NCBI RefSeq assembly: GCF_006345805.1
Contig: NW_021834047.1
Span: forward strand, 1-27,225
Reading direction: 5' to 3'
Length of the DNA: 27,225 bases
Source: Octopus sinensis
Taxonomy: Eukaryota
Shown: piece after piece, positions 1 through 12,735 of the stretch
How the letters are laid out: every line of letters starts with the position of its first letter
Numbering within the stretch: the stretch's first letter is position 1
Notes under the pieces: model-generated
The model's input: the letters and a program-made list of their open reading frames with translations, nothing else
Database searches by the model: none
What the model was told of the DNA's origin: nothing
Made by a program: the position numbers and the translations under genes

Positions 1-290
1 GAGGAAAAAAAATGTGTCTTGGCGCAACGGCTGCTGACCACGAAAGGCTAGCAATCGGTTGGCTAGTCACGTGTGAGGGAAGAGAGAGGAAAAGAGGGAC
101 AGTGAAAGAGAAATGAAGAGGAACCAAGGAACAAAGGAGGAGGAGAAAAGATAGAGAGAGAGAGAAAGAGACAGATCAAAGTGGAGTGCAAAGTGTGAAA
201 GGCAGAGAAATGTAGGAGAGGGGGGAGAGAGACAGTGTTTGTAGAGTCGTGCCATGTGTTAAAGAATATATACTTAACGTATAAGACCAA

Positions 291-457
291 ATATATATAT
301 ATATATTATATATATATTGTGTATATATGTATGTATATGTATATAATATGTTGTGTATATATATATGTGTAATATATATATATATGTATATATGCATATT
401 ATGTATATATATACATATATTTGTAATACATATATATTTCTAAGTACGTATATATAA

Positions 458-549
<92 letters not shown>
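291..549. repeat. (TA)n-rich microsatellite
   Basis: Interrupted TA dinucleotide run; it explains the Y/I-rich ORFs. Confidence 0.95.
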
Positions 550-551
<2 letters not shown>

Positions 552-725
552 TTAGCCACTACACACACTTTTTTCTCTCTTGTTTTCTTTCCTCGTTCTT
601 TTTTCTGTGTGCCTTTCTGTAGGCTCGAAACATAAAGACTTTTTCTATTCCTGAGCGTTATACTAATACATCTGTTTGTTTTGTACACCACCTATCTTTG
701 TCTTTTGTTTTTTTTCGTAAACTCT

Positions 726-1140
<415 letters not shown>

Positions 1141-2224
1141 ATCATGCAAAGGACCTATAATCCTTTACGGGATCTTTGCATCCTAATTCTCCGGTTTATA
1201 CCAGTGTTCAGTGAAAATTAATTACTTTAGTTTTGCATTGATATACATTGGTGTTTAAGATATTTATGAATGAGTAAAATGGAGAAATTGACGTATAGAC
1301 ATCACTTTATTCAAAGATATTCAAATCAATATAATATGAAATTCTTTTCCCTACCGCCGTTTCCATATCCAATTGGCTCAATTAGAGTAATTAAATTAAA
1401 TTAAATGAATTCAAAATTTTCATACTCAAACTAGTTATTTGAGTATTTCATCAGGGGAGAATTTCCAGAAAGAAGTTACATTCCAACGCATTGGTCGACC
1501 CTTGACAGACTCAGATGTGTGCGTTTTGGTAATGTTTGTATTTAAGAAAAAAAACGTTATGAACAACAAATATATATGATATTAGTTGTGCGTTTGCGTT
1601 GTTATTGGTGGTGGTGTTGCAGTTAGGGTGAACTAAGTGTTAGAGAGAGCGAGAGAGATTGAAAGAGAAAGTAAGATAAAGATAGGTTGAGAGAGAGAGT
1701 AGGAAGAGAGAGTAGTGATATTCATCATGTAATAGCGCGTGCGTTTGTTAAAATATAGAAGTCAACAAAAGTATATATGGCGTATCAAAGTCTGCTAATT
1801 ATTTATAATATTACAGTATCGCATCATCCATATTTGTGTGTATTAATTATGGTCATTACAACTTTGTAAACAAAAGAAAACTTAAACGTTACCAGATACA
1901 ACTGATAAAATAATTTTTTAATATTAAAAACAATTACTAAAGCTACGATCACTATAAATCAATACGTTTGCATCTAGCTTAGTTTAATAAATTATATTAC
2001 AAAATATCATCTACATATTCATAAGAAGCGTGCTTAATCGAATTTATAGAAATCACAATGATACTGTCACCTGTGAAGGAAACTTTATATACATATTTAT
2101 TTATGAATGAAAGCATTCAAACACTATCTTATTTCAAACGATAGTGGTTGAATGCTTTCGTTCATAAATATTTTTACACCATGTGCAAGAAATCCCAAAT
2201 TTTTATTTAATTTGCTTTGCGGGA

Positions 2225-2490
2225 AGGACTGTTTCAACGAAGTCGCGTCTTGTCCTTACCTTCGTAACGCGAAGTAGAAGAAACAGGGACATCTGAAGAA
2301 GTGTTGTATGTCTTGTACTCTGTCTTTTCATTGTTTGAAAAAAAATGTCCATTTTCCGTTTTTCACCGTGTTCAACGTTTTTTGATGTCCTGTACCCATA
2401 TATGCATGTATATATACATATAGATGTAGGTATGTACATATATGTATGTATATGTGCATATGTTTATATATTATTTTGTTTATATATAAT
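2225..2490 (+). mobile_element. Dispersed repeat family D copy with degenerate hammerhead-like core (Penelope pseudo-LTR-like remnant)
   Basis: GGACAT-CTGAAGA...GAAA-aaaa-ATGTCC at 2287-2350. The downstream gatgtcctgta...tatgcatgtatatatacat block recurs inverted at about 3490-3585 and in part at about 8290. Confidence 0.5.
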
Positions 2491-3372
2491 ATTGTTATTA
2501 TATATATGTCTTCGAAGAGACACAGGCTGCATGACATGTCGCCACACTGTTGGTGACGTCGCAACACAGATTCTGTTTATAATACTTGGTAACCCAAACA
2601 CTTCAACATGACACAAATAATCATTCCAAGAAATATATATCTAATCCGTTTCTCCAAAAACAGAAAACAAAAATATAAGCAGACAATAAAAAAAAAGACA
2701 AAATCTCAGGTTTCGAAAATAGATATTTAAGTTTTCATTTTTTGTTTTCGTTATTTTTTCTTTGTTTATTCTTTGTTTTTGTATTTTGGTAACGTTGAAG
2801 CGAAAGGGAAAATACTAACTTTTCGAAAGTTACGCATCTGAATTCAATGAGCGATTTTTCGTCCTCAAGATTTACATTCCTGTTTAATATGCGACCAAAA
2901 TATTTTAAAGAAGTTTTACCATTTTGATTCATTTATAAACAACAACTTAACTGTCAATTCCCAATGGTTTTAATTCTATGGTGTTGTAGACTACACGCTA
3001 CATTGAGTCTTTTGAACGTGTTAAGGACAAAGATGAATGTAGCTATATCACCATTCTTCTTTCTTGACCCCCACTACTTTCTTCTGCCGCTCTAAATTAT
3101 TGTAGGCTTTAAGTATTTTCCCCTGAATTCATTCTGCTACAATAATAGCAAAAAGGAGCAATGTAATTATTTTAGACTCTGGTACTGATGTAAAATCTGC
3201 TAAAAAATTATAATGGAGTATCCTGTATGTTGGAAATCTATATGGTCGTCTGCGTCCGAGGAGAGCGGCTTATTTCAAATTGATGTAATGTTTTCATTGA
3301 TCGATTAAATTGAGCCGCTTGAAACGGCCGTATTGCACAGATTCCTGGACATCCTTGTTACTTATTTGCTTT

Positions 3373-3439
3373 ACACACACACACACGCACACTCACACAC
3401 ACACACCACACACACACACACACCACACACCACACACAC

Positions 3440-3480
<41 letters not shown>
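3373..3480. repeat. (CA)n/(TA)n microsatellite
   Basis: Read directly. Confidence 0.9.
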
Positions 3481-3487
3481 GTGTAAT

Positions 3488-3780
3488 AAATAAAATATAT
3501 GCATACATACAAACATATATGTACGTACCGACATCTACATGTATATATACATGCATATATAAATATATATACGTACAGGACACCACAAGAAGACGTAAAA
3601 ATCAACAGAAACGAAAACGAAAAGTCATTTTGTTACAACAGAAGGACAGAGACGTGGAACAAGACGAAACGAAAACGGGAAAAACAATTATGTACAGCAG
3701 AAAAACGAAGTACAGGACATGCTGCACAAGGGTTCGTTTGAATTTTCGATTTTTCGAATTCTCACTACTTCGTTCCGTCT
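3488..3780 (-). mobile_element. Family D copy, inverted relative to 2225-2490
   Basis: tatgcatacatacaaacatatatgtacgtaccgacatctacatgtatatatacatgcatat...tacaggaca closely matches the reverse complement of about 2385-2462. Confidence 0.55.
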
Positions 3781-3802
3781 CTTTTCCTCCCAGCTTGTTT
3801 TA

Positions 3803-3960
<158 letters not shown>

Positions 3961-4730
3961 AGCACTCTCATATATACTCACATGCATATATACACAACAT
4001 ACAGACGTATAGGTGTACATAGACTGACAGGTATTTCCCAGCAGCTCAACGTGACGACAGTCCAATGACTCGAACTAGTACAAGGATAAAAGGATATATA
4101 TATATAAGTTCCATAATTTAAACAGAAACACAAGGGAACAAATAAAAATTTCACACACAAAATGAGACGTTGCTAATTTATCGTCAGTTATCATCCAAAA
4201 TATCCTTACAGTTTCACGCTTTTAACGATTGTATTCTTCCCTTTTGGCGGCATCAACAGCGAGAGCTCCTGGGAATAGCGAGCGAATGCTAGTGACATTG
4301 AGGAACACAAAAACGATACAAATGTTACTAGAAAATAAATTAAGTTAATATACATTATACAAATAAAACTAGGCCATGCGGCTCAAAGACGAAACGAATG
4401 TGTGGGTAACGTACAGGAAAGGAGAATGTCCTATAGGACTGGAAACGGAAGCGTGCACAGATGGGAAAACAGAAGGAAAGGTGAAGAAATAAACCATGCT
4501 GAAAGTAGACAGAAACGTGACTGATCGAGTCAACGGTCAGGTGAAAAAGGAAATGGAGGAGGAGAGATGAGAATGGTCACAGGTCACGTGGTAGTGAGAG
4601 GAAAGAGAAAAGGGGGTGGAGGGTAGTGGGAGAGAAAGGAACAGAGAGGAAAGCTGTTGAGAGACGGAAGGAGAGAGGGAGAGAGAAAGAGAGAGAGAGA
4701 GAGGAAGGCAAAAGAGAGAGAAAAAGTGAT

Positions 4731-4976
4731 TCATACATACATACATACATACATACACATACAATACATACATACATACATACATACATACATACATACA
4801 TACATACATTCATACATACATACATACATACATACATACATACATACACACACCATACATACATACATACATACATACATACATACATACATACATACAC
4901 ACACATACATACATACATACATACATACATACATACATACATACATACATACATACATACATACATACATACATAC
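4731..4976. repeat. (TACA)n microsatellite
   Basis: Long, lightly interrupted tetranucleotide run; source of the HTYI/MYVC ORFs. Confidence 0.95.
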
Positions 4977-5916
4977 GCGTATGCATATACAAATATATAC
5001 ATCTATATTTACTTTCGGACTGCACCCAAAGCAAACCAACAAGAATTGAATACTTGACCCTCATTCATTCTGTTCATCGCTTCCATGATGCGCTCTCTCA
5101 TCACAACATAAACTATTCTGCACTTTGTGACCCTCAATCCTACACATTCCTTACGCCGATGACACCATATTTACCCTCCTCCCCTCTTATTTGAGACAGC
5201 CTTTTTATGCTTGCTATGTCAACATCTGGTGCGACAACATGTCGTTTTATAAGTGTAAGATTAGAACCTATTTTACAATATCAACTTTACAAATCCATTA
5301 TACATGACCCCTGGTCAGGCATCAAGGATTTTAATGAAACTAACATCTAACAATGAGTATTCTATACACATAAAAATGATAATGTTCCAAAATTCGAAGT
5401 TAGATAAATCCTACATTTAGAACTGCTGTTAAACTCCTTTGAAGAACCCTTTATTTCTCGCAAATGCAAGGTTTTCTCACAAAGTTTGGGTGTTCATGAC
5501 ACGAATGTTATTTTGTTTTTGTGTAGCTACTAAACACTTATAGGAAACAAATGCACCATGTCGTGAGCGACAGCTTAAGAATTTGATCGGCGCCTCGAAA
5601 GCAAATAGAAATTACAAATTATGACATTTACAGAAAAGTGATCGCTAACGTTGTTTGATCAAGTAAATCCATTTAACTACTGGAGGAATATATGTTGGTA
5701 AATATTTAAATAAACCAAAGCAGGGGCGAGAGCTTAAAACTGAGATAATTTTGATGATAGAATTACGAACCGAAATCCCATTTAAATCAAATTGCAGACA
5801 AACCGATATAGCAGAAAGTAGAATAATCTGACCTTTGAAGAACACAGTGACAACACTGGACATGCTCGCCCTCATTGAAGCTCTTCAGTAAAGTATAGGG
5901 TTGTGCGTATGTAGTA

Positions 5917-5970
5917 TGTATGTATGTATGTATGTATGTATGTATGTATGTATGTATGTATGTATGTATC
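5917..5970. repeat. (TATG)n microsatellite
   Basis: Read directly. Confidence 0.9.
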
Positions 5971-6314
5971 TATGTGCAGATTTGTATGTATGTGTATAAG
6001 TAGGTCATTGATAAAGTTCGTGAAAAACTGATTGTCAATTTATGTCGTAGAATCAGAAAGACATTTATCTTGATCAAACGTTCCTATAACATTTCAGAAT
6101 GTCGGCAGCGTGTTGAAACTGTTCTGCATACCAATCGGATAATTTCAGGTCATTTATAGAGAAACTATGTGACAGACTTGGGGCTTCCTTCTTCCGGTAA
6201 GTCAGGTATGTATCCTCCTTATTTCCGTAATAAAAAGGAATGTATACATGTTTATCCGAATGTTTGTATGTATGTGTATGTATATATGTAAGCATGTATG
6301 TACATGTATATATA

Positions 6315-6800
6315 TCTCTTATTATAAAAGGCAGATTTTATCTGCCTCCCTTTGGGAGTTATACAAATCTACAATATAGGATTTCTTCAATTACAATTTA
6401 CCTAGCATTTTTAAGAGTACAATGCATCGCGTCATGCCAGGTCCAGTTTTTAAAATTTAAACTCCAATTAAGCAAAATTTACAGAAAACTCACATTCTGG
6501 TGTGTGTGTCAAATGCTTTTCTTAGTCTGGTTTACACCACACGCAAACGCACACACACAGTGTGCGACGAATAAAATGAAAGTAATAGCGACAGACTGAT
6601 TTGAGGAAGACTAAAGTGAAAGTATTTAAACCACTACTCAAAAAATAAAAAAACAACGCACAGAAACAAATAAATACACAATTTCTTCATTAGAGTTTAC
6701 CTAAGATTTTTCAGAGTACTTCAGTGGGTGATGCCATAAAAATTTCTTTCAATTTTACCACCAATTAAGACAAAATTCGAGAAAACTCAATATTTTAACA
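6315..6800 (+). mobile_element. Probable Helitron-like 5' fragment with internal ~300-bp diverged duplication
   Basis: Starts A|TCTCTTATTATAAAAG, like the 5' ends at 7464 and 20935, followed by the hairpin GGCAGAT-TTT-ATCTGCC. The blocks tttaccta..gagtac and ccaattaag..gaaaactc occur at about 6398/6464 and again at about 6697/6761. No hairpin-CTAG 3' end was found. Confidence 0.4.
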
Positions 6801-7463
6801 TCACTCACTCCGAAAGCATTGATGTACATGTGTGCGTGCGTGAGTGTGTGTGTGTGTCATTCCTCACACACACGCATACACATACATATACAACTACATA
6901 CAACTACATACACATACAACTACATACAAACACGTGTGTGTTTGTTATTAGTAAAAAAGGCGCAAAAACACAACTCACTTATCATTCCAACACATTTGCA
7001 AAGACACACGGAGGACAGAAAAGGTAAATTGGTTTTTATTTTACTCTGTATATATTTTATTATATAATATTATATATAGATATATGTATATATAATTGCA
7101 GTATGAAACAGTGTTTATGTATAAACAGACGACACTTATATATAGTTACCAAGCCGCCCGAATTTACCGATTCATATTTAAATGAGAATATCAGAGCAAA
7201 TCTCTTTAGTACATTCGTGAAAACACGTATTATACTTCATAAACACTTCAACTACAGTTTTGTACAAAAATCGAAGTGTAATTTTAATTCCGTGAATTAT
7301 GGGAGATTTTTTTCCGAAATTTGTTCCTATTGTGTTTTCAAAATTTTTAATTATGACAAAAAATGGATACGAATTTCATTATATCAAGCAGCGAGTCAGA
7401 ATTCGAAGGATTTTCTACTGAAGACCTTCATAAATCTAACTCTATGACTGAAAAAAAAAAGCA

Positions 7464-7846
7464 TCTTTATATAAGAGTGGAGTTGTGTGTCTGTCTCCTA
7501 CGATTTAGATTCCTAACTACTCCCACATTTTGCGGTGCAGTTTAACCAAAAGCGGGTATCTTATAGTCGTGATTCATATCGAGCCCTTCTGGGTATTAGC
7601 GTGCGTCTACGATGAGTCTACGATTTTAAAAAAATTTACCATCATATTTTTCCATTTTAATGCATTTTTTTCGCTTTTATATAAGGGAAGTAACTCTCTA
7701 AAAATATCTACGATGTGTCAACGATTTAAAAAAAATTTACCTTAATTTTTTTTCAATTTTTAATGCATTTTTTGGCTATAACTCTCTAAAAATGCTTATA
7801 TAGTTATTTCCCTTACAAACCCGAGCAACGCCGGGCGATACTGCTA

Positions 7847-7847
<1 letters not shown>
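7464..7847 (+). mobile_element. Non-autonomous Helitron, complete
   Basis: A|TC 5' end (TCTTTATATAAG), subterminal hairpin CCCG-AGCAACGC-CGGG (7820-7835), CTAG|T 3' end (7844-7847), inserted between A and T with no TSD. Internal ~100-bp diverged tandem duplication at about 7606-7793. Confidence 0.88.
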
Positions 7848-7896
<49 letters not shown>

Positions 7897-7945
7897 GTGT
7901 GTTGGTGTATACACACACATACATTTATATATATATACACACACA

Positions 7946-8005
<60 letters not shown>

Positions 8006-8185
8006 CACACGCATATATATATGTTTGTATATATGTATATTTGATTGCTTGTAGGTATGTGTTTGTATATATGTTTATGTATATTCGTGTGTACATACGT
8101 GTGAATTTTTTTTTACATATGTATGAATATGCATGTACGTATATGTGTATGTAAGCATGTGTGTGTATGTACGTATATATATATA

Positions 8186-8262
<77 letters not shown>
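7848..8262. repeat. TA/TG-rich low-complexity tract
   Basis: Read directly. Confidence 0.9.
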
Positions 8263-8270
<8 letters not shown>

Positions 8271-8287
8271 TATCATATGAATATTTC

Positions 8288-8450
8288 GTTACAGGACGTC
8301 ACCAACAGTAAACAGCATGAAATACGAAAACAAATGGAAAACGGGACAAGTAACACAAAGAACGGCCCTTCATCGGTTGTCGGCTGTCCATCTGCTCCAA
8401 ATTTCGAGCATTGAATGACAACATGAGTCTTCGAAGACAGTTGCTCACAT
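8288..8450 (-). mobile_element. Family D copy
   Basis: Minus strand carries tgtcttcgaaga and actgttggtgacgtc (both also at 2507-2560), plus ggaca..ccgatgaag..tgtccc, which parallels the 2287-2350 motif. Confidence 0.45.
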
Positions 8451-9082
8451 AAGTACCAAAATAAAACTTGGGATTTATGGAGGGTCAAATTTGGGAACAA
8501 AAACAGGGCAGTGGAGACATACAAGGAAACCGAAAGAAAACAAACATAGAGAGTCGTTAGATCAGAACGAGGGTAAAATAGCAGACGCTGGAGAAATAAT
8601 TTCTTTGACAAGAGAAAAGATAGAAGAAAGAGATAGTATATGATCAGTCCTTAGGAAATCCTGAAAGATTAGGAAAATGAAAAGAAAGATGGACGATGGT
8701 CACGTGTGAGCAACGAGAGAGAGAGAAACGAAGAAAGAGGGAGAGAGAGAAACAGATAGAAAACGGTCAAGGGGAGAAAAGGGGATTTAGAAAAAAGGAT
8801 GAAAGGCAAAACGATGGGGAATATATATTGAGAAAAATGGACGTCTGAATTTTGGAAAAAATCTTATTCATTATTATTAGCGCTTTTGTTCGTTTCTCGA
8901 ACATGTCAAATAGAATTTTGACAATGTTCAAACAGCTTCTTTATTTATATAAAACAGATGGTTTGGGGGGTGGTTAGAAGAGGAGAACATTGTTTTTGGT
9001 TGTTTTTTGGGGTGGGGGAGGTTCCATAACAATGGAGATAGATAGAAATATAGGTAGGTAGATAGGTTGATAGATGATAGAT

Positions 9083-9117
9083 ACATACATACATACATAC
9101 ATACATACATACATAGC

Positions 9118-9168
<51 letters not shown>

Positions 9169-9335
9169 GGAGAGAGAAGAGAAGAGGCTCCCCTTTTCTA
9201 TTCGCCACTCTAACCATTCATTTAGTTATTTACCATTCTTTCTCTTTGATTTTCAAAGAGATCTTGTATGTATGCATGTATGTATGTATGTATGTATGTA
9301 TGTATGTATGTATGTATGTATGTATGTATGTATGA
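9083..9335. repeat. (TACA)n(AGAT)n and nearby (TATG)n microsatellites
   Basis: Read directly. Confidence 0.9.
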
Positions 9336-9670
9336 ATATATGTACGTGTGTGTATAAATGTATGTATGAATGTATGTACGTATGTGTATAAATGTATGTA
9401 TTATGTATGTTTGCTTGCATATATTTATGAATGTACGTGTTTATATGTATGTATGCATGAATGTATGCGTGTACTGCTGTAGGATTTATGTATGTATGGA
9501 TATGTATACATACATGTATATGTATGGAGGAATTTCATTTGTATTCTGCTGTTAAATAAACTCTTCAAAGTTCTGATGTACTGAAGGCAACAACAGGAAG
9601 CGAAAACTCATACTAAATAAATAATTGAGTTTTATAAATTCTTGAGGTGAACGATGGATGAAATTCAAAA

Positions 9671-9892
9671 CAATAATAATAATAATCGTTTCTTCTGTAG
9701 GCACAAGGCCTGAAATTTGCGGGGAGGGGACTAGTCGATTACATCGACCCCAGAGTTTCACTGCTACTCAATTTATCGACCCCGAAAGGATGAAAGGCGA
9801 AGTCGACCTCCGCGGAATTTGAACCCAGAATATAGCGACAGGCGTAATACCACTAAGCTTTTTGTCTGGCGCTTATGATTCAGCCAGCTTGC
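9671..9892 (-). mobile_element. SINE family B copy
   Basis: Contains the shared core gtcgattacatcgacccc...atcgaccccgaaaggatgaaaggc.aagtcgacctc.gcggaatttgaac, with an (ATT)n tail on the minus strand. Confidence 0.85.
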
Positions 9893-9924
9893 AATAATAA
9901 TAACAACAACAACAACAAAAACAA

Positions 9925-10024
9925 TAATAATGGTTTCAAATTTTGTCACAAGATGAGCTTTTTGGAGGAAATATCGTGAAGCATTTCGTCCGGCGCGGTA
10001 ATGATTTTACCAGCTAGCCACCTT
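9925..10024 (-). mobile_element. SINE family B, internally deleted copy
   Basis: gaagcatttcgtccggcgcggtaatgattttaccagctagccacc matches the reverse complement of the B head. Confidence 0.6.
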
Positions 10025-10025
10025 A

Positions 10026-10035
10026 ATATTAATAA

Positions 10036-10083
<48 letters not shown>

Positions 10084-10084
10084 C

Positions 10085-10124
<40 letters not shown>

Positions 10125-10145
10125 CGACGACGACAATAATAATAA

Positions 10146-10176
<31 letters not shown>

Positions 10177-10287
10177 AAGAAGAAGAAGAAGAAGAAGAAG
10201 AAGAAGAAGAAGAAGAAGAAGAAGAAGAAGAAGAAGAAGAAGAAGAAGAAGAAGAAGAAGAAGAAGAAGAAGAAGAAGAAGAAGAAG
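10026..10287. repeat. Compound trinucleotide microsatellite (AAT)n(AAC)n(GAC)n(AAT)n(AAG)47
   Basis: Read directly; pure AAG run at 10147-10287. Confidence 0.97.
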
Positions 10288-10289
10288 AT

Positions 10290-10473
10290 AACAGGTGTTG
10301 ATTTGTTTACGTATGCGTAGATAGCGGCGCAAACGGCAAAAACAAATACCGACAGGAAAAGTACCAGCTTTAAAAAAAAAGGGACCTCGGTTGATTTGTT
10401 CGGCAAAATCTTTCAAAGGCGTACCCAAGCATGACTGCAGTCCTATGACTCATACAAGTAAAAGATAAAAGAT
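10290..10473 (+). mobile_element. SINE family A, degenerate 3' half
   Basis: tgtttacgt..tagcggc..agcatgactgcagtc..tgact..acaagtaaaagataaaagat parallels the tails of the other A copies. Confidence 0.6.
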
Positions 10474-10819
10474 GTTAATAATTTTTCATTTTTCACTAGA
10501 AGTTTACTCATACAAATGTCTATTCGTCGTCCAACCTAAAATCCGTAACTCGAGCCGCAGTTCTCTGGTTTCTAATTGTTTATACTAACCCAGTTCTATT
10601 GGAAGAGGCAGAACGTCTTTAGGCAATTTCAAAATTATTTTGTTATTATTCACTTTGCCAAGGGATGTAGATGGTAAAATAGAATATCGGGTAAACTTTC
10701 TTGCGAATTCTGTTTCGGTTATTCTAAGGTGTGTAGCAGTCAAATACTGGAATAGATTTAAACTATTAAATTTATTCTGTCTTTGCACCAAAGTTAGAAA
10801 GCGTTATTAATATTGAATT

Positions 10820-10936
10820 CAAATTTTGGCACAATTTGGGGGAAGGGCTAAGTCGATTGTATCGACCCCTGTGCTAAACTAGTATTAATTTTATCGATTC
10901 CCAAAATAATGATGGGCAAAGTCGACTTCAGCAGAA
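10820..10936 (-). mobile_element. SINE family B fragment
   Basis: agtcgattgtatcgacccc...ttatcgattccc...ggcaaagtcgacttc. Confidence 0.65.
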
Positions 10937-10956
10937 GAAGCGTTTTTAATATTAAA

Positions 10957-11358
10957 GGCGTTGGAGTGGCTGCGTGGTAAGTAGCTTGCTTACCAACCAC
11001 ATGATTCTGGGTTCAGTCCCACTGCGTGGTTCCTTGGGCAAGTGTCGTCTACTATAGCCTCGGGCCGACCAAAGCCTTGTGAGTAGATTTGGTAGACGGA
11101 AACTGAAAGAATCCCGTGGTATATGTATGTGTGTGTGTATATGTTTATGTGTTTGTGTTTGTCCCCCCCCCCACCATCGCTTGACAACCGATGCTGGTGT
11201 GTTTACGTCTCTGTAACTTAGCGGTTCGGCAAAAGAGACCGATAGAATAAGTACTAGGCTTCCAAAGAATAAGTCCTGGGGTCGATTTGCTCGACAAAAG
11301 GCGGTGCTCCAGCATGGCCACAGTCAAGCGACTGAAACAAGTAAAAGAGTAAAGAGTA
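10957..11358 (+). mobile_element. SINE family A, full length (tRNA-like head, internal TG/TA microsatellite, (AAAGAGT)n tail)
   Basis: A-box-like TGGCTGCGTGG at 10967 and B-box-like GGGTTCAGTCC at 11009. Homologous copies at 13032, 18007, 24568, 25334 and 26235. Confidence 0.9.
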
Positions 11359-11367
11359 CACGTCTGA

Positions 11368-12050
11368 AGGTGACGAACTGGCAGAGTCGTTAGGCCGCTG
11401 AGCACAACACTTAGCGGCATTTCAACTATCTTTCCGTTTTGAGTTCAAATTCTGCCGAGATCCACCTTGTCTTTCATCTTTTCGCCAAAATTTGAAACTA
11501 CTATTACTATACATGAATTCGGCGAGCTGACAAAAGTGTTCCTGCGCCAGACAAAATGCTGAGGGATATTTCTCCCAGCTTTATATTGTCGGTTCAAAAA
11601 CCTCTGAGGTCGACTTTCGGATCTTTACCTTTTGACCGACAGATTTAGAAAATAATTTTTTGTAACTAAACACTTTCAAACTTCGGGCACTGGTAGAATG
11701 TGTCATATAAAACATCTTTTACTCTTAGCGTTTTTGAGAAAAGTTTCTATTTACGAAGTTATTTCGTCGTAAAGTTGTCGTATTTGGGTAATTTCAACCA
11801 ATCAATGACGTGTATTCAGCTGAATAAAATTACTGCCTTGGGCCAAAATTTGAAACTACTATTACTATACATGAATTTGGCAAGCTGACAAAAGTGTTCC
11901 TGTGTCAGACAAAATGCTGAGCGATGTTTTTTCCAGCTTTATATTGTCAGTTCAAATACCGTTGAGGCCGACTTTCCCTTTTATCCTTTTGAGGTCGATG
12001 TATTCCACTATCCCCCACCTCCACCCCAAAAGTTTTGGCTTTTTGCCAAA
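11368..12050 (+). mobile_element. Cluster of degenerate SINE family B pieces including a 135-bp direct duplication
   Basis: B-head motifs (ctggcagagtcgttag..gagttcaaattc) at 11368, 11520 and 11879. Segments 11484-11618 and 11842-11976 differ at 13 of 135 positions. Confidence 0.7.
11619..11837 (+). mobile_element. Unclassified dispersed repeat (family E)
   Basis: ggatctt..ccttttga..aactaaaca.ttt.aaacttcg..actggtagaatgtgtca is shared with 17832-17923. Confidence 0.6.
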
Positions 12051-12524
12051 ATATGGAATCAATATTAATACATATGATTTAGTCGTCACATTCATAGACA
12101 AGAACGAAGACAAAGGTGTGCACACACACACACTCACAAATATATGTACGTATATAGTACATGTAAGTGGATGTGCATGTATGTGTGTGTGTGTGTGTGT
12201 GTTGCTGATTAACCCAAGTTTGCCTCGATTCATTTGACTTATGAGCAAAAGCGTTCTTGCCGTGACTTCAGTGTCTTTTTAAGAGCATCCTGACTACATT
12301 ATTCAACGTATCTGTTCTTGATTTAATGCAATCGAATGTGATTTGAGAAAGGGTTGATTTTCTATTTCTAGCAAAATGAGCAACCATGGAGAGACTCTTT
12401 CGTTGACTCACTTTTTGATACAGTGAAATTCACGTAAATGAATTATCACAGAGCTTTATTTATCTAAGATATAAAACCCACTGTGAACAACATATTCAAT
12501 ATCCCTATCGAGTGATTGTGCGTT

Positions 12525-12735
12525 AACGACAGCGACTTGGCACAAACGTTAGACCGTCAAACGAAAATGCATTAGCTATTTCTTCCCGTTCTTTACGCTT
12601 TCAGTTCAAATCCTGCTTGACCATCCAATTTTTTTTTTTTTTTTGGTAGTCGATAAAATAAATTACTGGCGGTGAGGTCAATGAAGTCAACTAACTCCCG
12701 CCCCCTCAAAATGTATTTGTTCCTAAATCAGAACC
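12525..12735 (+). mobile_element. Old SINE family B-related copy
   Basis: ttggcacaaacgttag..tttacgctttcagttcaaatcc..gtcgataaaataaattactgg. Confidence 0.5.

Noticed and set aside
4140-4260. CTGACGA...GAAA and GAAAC-T-GTA motifs on the minus strand
   Set aside because: No consistent stems I and II link the motifs into a hammerhead.
7363-7440. SSSESEFEGFSTEDL peptide resembling acidic N-termini of DNA-transposase remnants
   Set aside because: Too short and low-complexity; no catalytic domain or TIR was found.
9946-10428. Poly-Arg, poly-Leu and poly-Phe ORFs
   Set aside because: They are read-through of the trinucleotide array, with no coding context.
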